From an uncultured Actinomycetota bacterium (lineage in GTDB: Bacteria > Actinomycetota > Actinomycetes > Propionibacteriales > Nocardioidaceae), in NCBI GenBank assembly GCA_963786795.1, contig CAWBAQ010000016.1, positions 70,230 through 134,229 on the forward strand: a stretch of DNA of 64,000 nucleotides, in the 5' to 3' direction. Below the pieces are notes generated by a model. That model was not told the origin of the DNA. It was given only the letters and a program-made list of their open reading frames with translations, and did not search any database. The position numbers were made by a program, and so were the translations under genes. Numbering within the stretch: position 1 is the stretch's first letter; the number at the start of each line of letters is the position of its first letter. Below, one piece after another: positions 33,068-41,068 of the stretch.

Positions 33068-34284
33068 CACAGGGCGGCCAGGAACAGCTGCTCGACGTCG
33101 CCCGACGAAGCCGGGCGCGGGTTGGTCGTCAGGCACGCGTCGTCGAGCGTGTTGAGGGCGAGCCGCGGGATCGCGCTCTCGTCGACCCCCAGCTCACGCA
33201 GCCCGCGGGGCACCCCGACGTCGTCGGCCAGCTCCCGGACGTGCACGGCGAGCATCTCCGCCGCCTCGCTCGCGGGCACCCCCTCGACCTGGAGCCCTGC
33301 CGCGCGGGCGAGCTCCACGAAGCGCTCGGGGCTCTCCTGGGCGTTGTAGCGGATCACGTGCGGCAGCAGCACACCGTTGACGACCCCGTGCGGGGCATCG
33401 AGGAGCCCGCCGACCTGGTGGCTCATCGCGTGGGTGGCGCCGAGGATGGCGTTGGTGAACGCCAGTCCGGCATTGAGGCTGGCCTGCGCCATCTTGGAGC
33501 GGGCAGCCTCGTCCCGGGGGCGGAGGATCGTGGTGCGCAGGTTGCTGCAGACCAGGCCGACGGCGTTCAGCGCATGGATGTCGGCCAGAGGGTTGTGCGC
33601 CAGAGACACGAACGACTCGACGCCGTGGGTCAAGGCGTCCAGCCCGGTCGCGGCGTTGAGCCACTCGGGCATCGTCATCAGCAACCGCGGGTCGGTGATC
33701 GAGATGTCCGGCACCAGGGCGCGGCCCATGATGGTGATCTTCACCGATCGCTCGGTGTCGGTGACGATGCAGAACTGGGAGACGTCGGCGCCGGTGCCCG
33801 ACGTGCTCGGGATCATCAGCAGCGGCGGGATCGGCTTGGCGACGAGGTCGACGCCTCCGTAGTCCAGGATCCGGCCGCCGTTGCCCGACAGGATCGCGAC
33901 GCCCTTGGCCGCGTCGATGCACGAGCCGCCGCCGAGCGCGACGAGGACGTCGCAGCCCTCCTCGACGTACCGCTCGTGGGCGGCGTGGATCTCGTGGTCC
34001 TTGGGGTTCGGGGTGACGCTGGACCAGACCACCGGGGTGAGCCGCGCCTCGCGGAGATGGCCGAGGAGCTCGTCGCACCAGCCGGCCTCGATGACGCCGG
34101 GATCGGTCACGACCATCGGGCGGCGTGCGCCGAGACGGGCGGCCGCGAAGCCGGCCTCGCCGAGCGATCCGAGCCCGAAGACCACCTCGGGGGCGTGGAA
34201 CTTGACCAGCGGGGGCCACGGGAGCTCGAGGTCGGGCTCGTCGGCGGGCTGGGTCGGTAGGTCAGGTCCCGCGATCGACTGCAC
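33067..34284 (-). CDS. Iron-containing (type III) alcohol dehydrogenase, ErcA/MSMEG_6239-like
   Basis: KFHAPEVVFG, TPNPKD, GGGSCIDAAKG, TGADVSQFC, GLDALTHG, THAMSHQVGG..D.PHG. Stop overlaps the kinase start. Confidence 0.92.
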   Translation of the reverse strand: MQSIAGPDLPTQPADEPDLELPWPPLVKFHAPEVVFGLGSLGEAGFAAARLGARRPMVVTDPGVIEAGWCDELLGHLREARLTPVVWSSVTPNPKDHEIHAAHERYVEEGCDVLVALGGGSCIDAAKGVAILSGNGGRILDYGGVDLVAKPIPPLLMIPSTSGTGADVSQFCIVTDTERSVKITIMGRALVPDISITDPRLLMTMPEWLNAATGLDALTHGVESFVSLAHNPLADIHALNAVGLVCSNLRTTILRPRDEAARSKMAQASLNAGLAFTNAILGATHAMSHQVGGLLDAPHGVVNGVLLPHVIRYNAQESPERFVELARAAGLQVEGVPASEAAEMLAVHVRELADDVGVPRGLRELGVDESAIPRLALNTLDDACLTTNPRPASSGDVEQLFLAAL

Positions 34285-34481
34285 GGCGCCTCCCATCAAG
34301 ACGCCTCCAAACTACACGCGGGTCCTGGGACCGGGAAGCGGACCGTCGGCCGGTCTCGGGCGGATGGCGGCAGGGGCAGGCACCTGACCGGATGGGTAGG
34401 TGCGTCGGTGGTCGCGCGGGGCTTGACTGGGCTTCACCGGACGTATCGACGAAGCCGGGGGCCAGGCCGAGGAGGACATGG

Positions 34482-35597
34482 ATGAAGACCAGAGCAGCAG
34501 TCGTAGTCGAGGCAGGCAAGCCCATCGAGATCGAGGAGCTGGACCTCGACGGGCCGAAGGAGGGCGAGGTCCTCATCCGCTACACCCATGCCGGGCTGTG
34601 CCACTCCGACGTGCACGTCGCGCACGGCGACCTGGAGGCGCGGCTGCCGATGGTGCTGGGCCACGAGGGCGCCGGCATCATCGAGGAGGTCGGACCCGGT
34701 GTCACCCGGGTGAAGGAAGGCGACCACGTGGTCTGCTCCTTCATCCCCAACTGCGGCACGTGTCGCTACTGCGCCAGCGGACAGCAGTCGATCTGCGACA
34801 TGGGCGCCACCATCCTCGAGGGGTACCTGCCCGGCGAGCGGTTCCCGTTCACCGGGCCGCGGGGCGACTACGGCGCGATGTGCATGCTCGGCACGTTCAG
34901 CCAGTACAGCACCATCCACCAGAACTCCGTGGTCAAGGTCGACGACGACCTGCCCCTGGACAAGGCGGTCCTCGTCGGCTGCGGGGTCCCCACCGGCTGG
35001 GGCTCGGCCGTCAACACCGCCAACGTCCGCCCGGGCCAGACCGTCATGGTCTCCGGCATCGGCGGCATCGGCATCAACGCTGTCCAGGGCGCGCGGTACG
35101 CCGGCGCGAAGTACGTCGTCGCCGTCGACCCGCTGGAGAACAAGCGCGAGAAGGCCATGGAGCTCGGCGCCACGCACGCCTTCGCCACGGTCGAGGAGGC
35201 CCAGGAGACGATCACCGACCTCACCCGCGGACAGATGGCGGACTCCGCGATCCTCACCCCCGACCTGATGACGGCGGAGATCGTCGCGGGCGGCTTCAAC
35301 GCCGTCGGCAAGGGCGGCGTCGTGGTGCTGACCGGCCTGAACAAGGTGATGGAGCCCAACATCCAGCTCCCCGGCACCGTGATGACGCTGTACCGCAAGA
35401 CGCTCAAGGGCAGCCTGTTCGGTGACTGCAACCCGACCGTCGACATCCCCCGGATCCTCGGGCTGTACCAGTCCGGTGACCTCAAGCTCGACGAGATCAT
35501 CACCCGGACCTACACGCTGGACCAGGTCCAGGAGGGCTACGACGACCTGCTCGCGGGCAAGAACGTGCGCGGCGTCGTCGTGCACTCGCACAACTGA
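34482..35597 (+). CDS. Zn-dependent NDMA-dependent (nicotinoprotein) alcohol dehydrogenase, mycofactocin-associated type
   Basis: GLCHSD, GHEGAG, structural Zn CGTCRYC..G..SIC, AMCMLGTFS, GCGVPTGWGSA, GIGGIGINAVQGA, GSLFGDCNP..DIP. Confidence 0.9.
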   Translation: MKTRAAVVVEAGKPIEIEELDLDGPKEGEVLIRYTHAGLCHSDVHVAHGDLEARLPMVLGHEGAGIIEEVGPGVTRVKEGDHVVCSFIPNCGTCRYCASGQQSICDMGATILEGYLPGERFPFTGPRGDYGAMCMLGTFSQYSTIHQNSVVKVDDDLPLDKAVLVGCGVPTGWGSAVNTANVRPGQTVMVSGIGGIGINAVQGARYAGAKYVVAVDPLENKREKAMELGATHAFATVEEAQETITDLTRGQMADSAILTPDLMTAEIVAGGFNAVGKGGVVVLTGLNKVMEPNIQLPGTVMTLYRKTLKGSLFGDCNPTVDIPRILGLYQSGDLKLDEIITRTYTLDQVQEGYDDLLAGKNVRGVVVHSHN

Positions 35598-35605
35598 CGT
35601 GCTCG

Positions 35606-36511
35606 TTGGCTGAGGTGCGAGCGGGGCGGGCCTCGAAGCCACTGGTCGTCCTCGACCGGGCCCGCGAGGTGGAGCTGCTCGTCGCCGCTCTCGACGGTGG
35701 CGCGCACGTCCTCCTCGAGGGTCCGCCGGGGACCGGGAAGTCGACGCTGCTCCGCTCGGTGGCGTCCGAGCGGGCAGCGCCCTTCCACCTCGTCGAGGGC
35801 AACGCCGAGCTGACCCCGGCGCGGCTGGTCGGGCACTTCGACCCCGCGCAGGTGCTGGCGCAGGGCTACACCCCCGACGTCTTCGTCGACGGACCCCTGG
35901 TGCAGGCGCTGCGCGAGGGCGGACTGCTGTACGTCGAGGAGATCAACCGGGTCCCCGAGGAGACCCTGAACGTCCTCATCACGGTGATGTCCGAGGCGGA
36001 GCTGACCGTGCCGCGCCTCGGCCTGGTCCGGGCCGAGCCCGGGTTCCGGCTGGTCGCGGCCATGAACCCGTTCGACGCGGTCGGCACGGAACGGATCTCC
36101 TCGGCGATCTACGACCGGACCTGCCGGATCTCGATGGACTACCAGTCCGCGGAGACCGAGTCGGCGATCGTCGCGCTGCGCTCCCCCTCGGACGACGCGT
36201 GGCGGGCGCAGGTCGTCGACCTGGTCCGACGTACCCGCGGCCACGGCGACGTCCGCATCGGCTCGTCGGTGCGCGGGGCGATCGACCTGGTCGCCATCGC
36301 CACCCGGCTGTTCGAGATGCGCGGCGTCCCCGCTGGCGACTGGCACGCGGGGCTCGACGCCGCGCTGGTCTCGCTGTCGGGACGGATCCGGATGCACGAG
36401 TCGGCCGGCCGGCGACCCGAGGAGGTCGTCCGGGAGCTCTACGAGCAGGTCTTCGGCGCGCCGCCGTCGGACCGGCCGGACGGCGAGGGGTCCGACCCGG
36501 GGGAAGCCTGA
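35606..36511 (+). CDS. MoxR-family AAA+ ATPase
   Basis: Walker A GPPGTGKST, VEGNAELTPARLVG.FDP, Walker B YVEEINR, AAMNPFD, IGSSVRGAID. Confidence 0.9.
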   Translation: MAEVRAGRASKPLVVLDRAREVELLVAALDGGAHVLLEGPPGTGKSTLLRSVASERAAPFHLVEGNAELTPARLVGHFDPAQVLAQGYTPDVFVDGPLVQALREGGLLYVEEINRVPEETLNVLITVMSEAELTVPRLGLVRAEPGFRLVAAMNPFDAVGTERISSAIYDRTCRISMDYQSAETESAIVALRSPSDDAWRAQVVDLVRRTRGHGDVRIGSSVRGAIDLVAIATRLFEMRGVPAGDWHAGLDAALVSLSGRIRMHESAGRRPEEVVRELYEQVFGAPPSDRPDGEGSDPGEA

Positions 36512-37446
36512 GCCCGCCTCCTTCACAGCCGGCGGGCCGCCCCCAGCAACGCAGCAACCCCAAGGCCGACGCGGCCCGCAACCGGACCGTCGGCCGGTCG
36601 ACGCTGTCCCGGCACGCCCGGTTCGCGGAGGTCTCCCCCGAGGTGGGGGTGCTCGACGAGCAGGCGCTGGACCGGGCGCTCTCGTCCGACCCGGACGCGA
36701 CGCTGGCGATGGTGGCCGACCTGGTGCACGCCACGGACGAGTCGCTGCGGGCGCAGGCCCGCCGGCTCGCCGCCCGGCTCGTCATCGACCGGTCCCGCTC
36801 GGGACGCCCGACCCGGACCGGTACGGCGCGACCACGGCTCGTCCCGGCCGGGAGCGGCGGGGACCTCGACGTCGACGCCTCGATGGAGGGGATCGTCACC
36901 GCCCGCGGCGAGCGCCGGCCGGCCGACCTCGACGAGCTGACCGCCCGGGACTGGGGCCGCCAGGACCTCGCGGTGTGCCTGCTGGTCGACGCGTCCGGCT
37001 CGATGAGCGGTGAGCGGCTCGCGGTGGCCGCGACGGTCACGGCCGCGTGTGCGCTGCGGGCACCGGCCCAGCACGCCGTACTCGCTTTCGCCGGTGACGT
37101 GCGCACGCTGCGGACCCTGCACGGGCCCGACCCGGCGGCGACCGTCGTGGACCGGGTGCTCGCGCTGCGGGGTCACGGGGTCACCCAGCTCGCCGACGCG
37201 CTGCGGGCGGCGTCGAAGGAGCTCGCGTCGGCGCGGGCCCAGCGACGGGTCGTGGTGCTGCTGTCCGACTGCCGGCACACCGACGAGGACCCGGTCGACG
37301 TGGCCCGGACCGTCCCGGAGCTGGTGGTGCTCGCGCCCCGCGACGACGCGGAGCAGGCCCGGGCCTTCGCGGCGGCGGCGGGCGCCCGGTGCGCCGAGCT
37401 CGACGGCGCCGACAGCGCACCCGCCCTGCTCCGCGACCTCTTGTAA
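36500..37446 (+). CDS. VWA-domain protein (in the -1 frame relative to the AAA+ gene; no clear start)
   Basis: MIDAS DASGSM, G.T.L and LLSDC motifs. The frame is open through the AAA stop; the first GTG after it is at 36643 and lacks a clear RBS. Confidence 0.85.
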
Positions 37447-37521
37447 CGCGGGGTTATGGACGCTCCACCCACGGCACACCGCGTGCTAACCGTCCACAGC
37501 ACCTGCAAAGCAGCGCTCTGC

Positions 37522-37548
37522 TGTCGAGAACGCGCCGGCTCGTACGTC
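37522..37548 (+). promoter_or_regulatory. Putative ECF42-type promoter
   Basis: TGTCGA-N17-CGTC upstream of a VOC gene. Confidence 0.4.
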
Positions 37549-37598
37549 GGACTGGTGAGGTCGTCACCGCGGCGATCTCGTCGAACCAGGAGGACATC

Positions 37599-37949
37599 AT
37601 GAGCCACCCCGTCGTGCACGCAGAGATCCGGTCGAGCGACCCCGACGCGACCCGGTCCTTCTTCGGAGAGCTCTTCGGCTGGACCTACCCGGCCGAAGGA
37701 GCCTTTCCCGGCTACACCTTCGTCGAGACCGGCGTCCCTGGAGCGTTGTACACCGCCATCAGCCCGCTGCAGGGCGACGAGGACCTGGTCACGTTCTTCG
37801 TCGGAGTCGACGACATGGGCGACGCGGTCGCCGACGCGGTCCGGCTGGGTGGCCGCGTCGTGCAGGAGCCGGTAGAGGTCCCGGGCGTACGGTTCGCCCT
37901 CATCTCCGATCCGCAGGGCCACGTCGTCGGCCTCGCGCAGCAGCTCTGA
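37599..37949 (+). CDS. VOC/glyoxalase family protein
   Basis: MSHPVVHAEI...SFFGELFGW...FALISDPQGHVVGL. AGGAGG RBS. Confidence 0.88.
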   Translation: MSHPVVHAEIRSSDPDATRSFFGELFGWTYPAEGAFPGYTFVETGVPGALYTAISPLQGDEDLVTFFVGVDDMGDAVADAVRLGGRVVQEPVEVPGVRFALISDPQGHVVGLAQQL

Positions 37950-37955
37950 GCCGAC

Positions 37956-38660
37956 TCAGAACAGCAGCGGCAGCAGGAACAGCATCGCCGTCGACCAGGT
38001 GACGTGGGTCAGCACCGGCGCGAGGATGCCGCCGGAGGCCCGCCGCTCGAGGCCCACCACGACGCCGAGCAGCACGGCCGCGAACGCGAGCATGAAGTTG
38101 CCGGTGGCCAGGGTCGCGATCACGTAGGCGACGGTGCTGACCGCGACCGGGTAGCGGGGCGACGCGGCGTACAGCGCGCCGCGGAAGAACAGCTCCTCGG
38201 CGATGCCGTTGACGACCGTGATGAGCACCAGCAGCGGCGTCACGCCCTGGTCGGCGTGGTCGAGCACGCTGCTGATCTGCCGGTCGATCAGCGGCACCTG
38301 GCGGACGACGAGGGCGCCGACGACGAAGACGCCGGCCAGCGCGAGGCCCAGCACGATCGCACCGGCCACCGGGCGGCGCAGGTCGTCGTGGACGCCTGCG
38401 CGGGCGACCCGGCCGAGGTACAACGGGCCCGAGGCGAAGGCACCGATGGTCCACACCGCGGCGAGGACCAGCGTCGCGACGATGAACGTCGAGTCACCCG
38501 GTTCGATCTGCAGCGACCAGCCGAGCACCGCAGCGCCGATCACCAGGAAGACCCCGGTGACGATGCGGCGAACCAGGAACGGCCGGGGGTCCTGCCGGTG
38601 GTCGCGCGGCACCTTGTCCCAGAGCAGGCCGCGCAGGGCTCGCTCGGCGGACGTCCTCAT
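37956..38660 (-). CDS. CPBP (Abi/CAAX) intramembrane metalloprotease
   Basis: [32 protein letters not shown]. Multiple TM helices. Confidence 0.88.
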   Translation of the reverse strand: MRTSAERALRGLLWDKVPRDHRQDPRPFLVRRIVTGVFLVIGAAVLGWSLQIEPGDSTFIVATLVLAAVWTIGAFASGPLYLGRVARAGVHDDLRRPVAGAIVLGLALAGVFVVGALVVRQVPLIDRQISSVLDHADQGVTPLLVLITVVNGIAEELFFRGALYAASPRYPVAVSTVAYVIATLATGNFMLAFAAVLLGVVVGLERRASGGILAPVLTHVTWSTAMLFLLPLLF

Positions 38661-38694
38661 TCCCCTATTCCCTCACACCGGCCCAACCGCCGGC

Positions 38695-38982
38695 TCAGCG
38701 GGAGAGCCGCCCGCGTACGACGGCCAGGGTGCCGAACACGACCAGGCCGGCGATCGCCATCGCACCGAGCAGGATCCGGCCGAGCAGGACCGCGACGACG
38801 AGCAGTCCCACGAAGACCAGGGCGACCGTCGTGCTCTGCCGGGCGGCCGTGGCGTGCTCGCGGCGCCGCACCACCGGGTCGACGGAGCCGTGCCGCTCCG
38901 CGAACCGGGCCAGCACCAGCAGCACACCCACCAGCCCGATGACGATGAGGGCGATGAGCTCGAGGGTCTCCTGGTCGGGCAC
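38695..38982 (-). CDS. Small hypothetical membrane protein
   Basis: Three hydrophobic segments. Leaderless-type GACGCT-N6-GTG. Confidence 0.55.
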   Translation of the reverse strand: MPDQETLELIALIVIGLVGVLLVLARFAERHGSVDPVVRRREHATAARQSTTVALVFVGLLVVAVLLGRILLGAMAIAGLVVFGTLAVVRGRLSR

Positions 38983-39010
38983 GACCTCAGCGTCGCACGG
39001 ACGGTCCGCC

Positions 39011-39598
39011 TTACGGCCGCGGCGGCGACGGCCACACGCCGGAGGACCCGCGGCGGTGGCTGTCCACGAGGTGGGTGTCGACGATGCCGACGGCCTCCAT
39101 CAGGGCGTACATGGTGGTCGGCCCGACGAACACGAACCCCCTCTTCTTCAGCGCCTTCGACAGCGCCAGCGACTCCGGCGACCGCGTCGGCACGTCGGCG
39201 TACGACGTCGGGGCGGGCGTCTCGTCGGGACGGAACGACCACACCAGGTCGACGAGCCCGCCGTCCTCGCGCAGCGCGACAGTGGCCCGCGCGTTGGTGA
39301 TCGTGGCGTGCACCTTGCGGAGGTTGCGGACGATCCCGGCGTCACCCATCAGCCGGTCGACGTCGGCGTCGTCGTACGCCGCGACGCGGTCGGGGTCGAA
39401 GCCGTCGAACGCCTCCCGGAACGCCGGTCGCTTGCGCAGGATCGTCGCCCAGGACAGCCCGGACTGGAACGCCTCCAGGCTGATCCGCTCGAACATCCCG
39501 GTCTCGTCCCGGACCGGCATCCCCCACTCGGTGTCGTAGTACTCCTGCATCAGCGGGTCCGACGCCGCCCACGTCGGACGCGCCAGACCCGTCCTCAC
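39011..39598 (-). CDS. tag: DNA-3-methyladenine glycosylase I
   Basis: [55 protein letters not shown]. Confidence 0.93.
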   Translation of the reverse strand: MRTGLARPTWAASDPLMQEYYDTEWGMPVRDETGMFERISLEAFQSGLSWATILRKRPAFREAFDGFDPDRVAAYDDADVDRLMGDAGIVRNLRKVHATITNARATVALREDGGLVDLVWSFRPDETPAPTSYADVPTRSPESLALSKALKKRGFVFVGPTTMYALMEAVGIVDTHLVDSHRRGSSGVWPSPPRP

Positions 39599-39717
39599 CG
39601 CAGCAATCGTCAGGGGCCCAGCGTCTCACGAGGAACCGCCGACGCACGAGTACTGCCGCAGCCCGGTGGAAGGTGGTGCGCTGACCCGTCCTGGAGCGCT
39701 CCAGTAGCGTGGGCGCC

Positions 39718-40662
39718 ATGGAGGAGCACGCCTGCTGCGCGCCGTCCGCGGAGACCCGTGCTCCGCGGGCCGACGTGGCGAGGAGCAGCCGCCGCCCGCG
39801 CGGCCAGGTCCCCGTCCCCGCCGGCACGCTTCGAGATGGGCGACGCGTTCGACGAGGGGTACGCCTCCGACGGCGAGACTCCCGTGCACGCCGTACGCCT
39901 GGACGCCTTCCGGATGGACGCCACCACCGTCACCAACGCGCAGTTCGCCACCTTCGTCAAGGACACCGGCTACCTGACCGGCGCGGAGGAGTTCGGTGTC
40001 TCGGCGGTGTTCCACCTCGCGTGGCAGCGCAACACCGACCGCCACGAGCGCGACCTGCTCAACCGGGCGGCCGGCACCCCGTGGTGGCTCGCGATCCGCG
40101 GCGCCGACTGGAAGTCGCCCGAGGGCCCGGGGTCGGACGTCGCGCGTCGCCAGAACCACCCCGTCGTGCACGTGTCCTGGTACGACGCCCAGGCGTACGC
40201 CGCATGGGCCGGCAAGCGGCTGCCGACCGAGGCGGAGTGGGAGTACGCCGCACGGGGCGGCCTGGACCGGAAGCGGTTCGCCTGGGGCGACGAGCTCACC
40301 CCGCGGGGCCGGTGGCATGTGCAACATCTGGCAGGGCGAGTTCCCGACCCACAACACCGAGGACGACGGCTTCCTCACGACCGCGCCGGTGAAGTCCTAC
40401 GCCCCCAACGGCTACGGCCTCTCGTGCACCGCCGGCAACGTGTGGGAGTGGTGCGCGCGACTGGTTCGCCCCCGACTACTACGCGCACGCGCCCGAGCAC
40501 GACCCGCGCGGCCCGGACGACGGCGAGCAGCGCGTGATGCGCGGCGGCTCCTACCTCTGCCACGACTCCTACTGCAACCGCTACCGGGTCGCCGCCCGCT
40601 CGTCGAACACCCCCGAGTCCACGTCGGGCAACATCGGCTTCCGCTGCGCGGGCGACGCCTGA
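39718..40662 (+). CDS. Formylglycine-generating enzyme (frameshifted)
   Basis: [65 protein letters not shown] (both catalytic Cys), NIGFRC. Confidence 0.88.
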
Positions 40663-41054
40663 TGCCCCGGGTGCGCGAGCTCGAGGGCGACCACCTCGAG
40701 TTCTGGCGCCAACGTCACCTGTGCACGGTCACCACGCTGCGCGACGACGGCTCGCCGCACGTCGTACCCATGGGGATCGTCGTCGACGTCGAGGCCGGCG
40801 TCGCGTGGGGCATCACCTCGCGCACCTCGCAGAAGGTCGCGAACCTGCGCGCCGGCACCGACCCGCGCGTCGCGGTCTGCCAGGTCGACGGCCGCCGCTG
40901 GTCGACGATCGAGGGCACCGCCGAGGTCCGCGACGACGAGGCATCCGTCGCGGAGGCGGTCCGCCGCTACGCCGAGCGCTACCGGCAGCCCCGCGAGAAC
41001 CCGGACCGGGTCGCGCTCCGCATCACCGTCACGTCCGTCATCGGCAACGTCTGA
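40662..41054 (+). CDS. PPOX-class F420-dependent oxidoreductase
   Basis: [53 protein letters not shown]. Confidence 0.85.
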   Translation: MPRVRELEGDHLEFWRQRHLCTVTTLRDDGSPHVVPMGIVVDVEAGVAWGITSRTSQKVANLRAGTDPRVAVCQVDGRRWSTIEGTAEVRDDEASVAEAVRRYAERYRQPRENPDRVALRITVTSVIGNV

Positions 41055-41068
41055 GAGGCAGCCACCCC

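Noticed and set aside
37447-37530. Slightly AT-richer stretch after the VWA gene as a gene remnant or ncRNA
   Set aside because: Too short, with no recognisable motif or stable structure beyond the possible ECF promoter.
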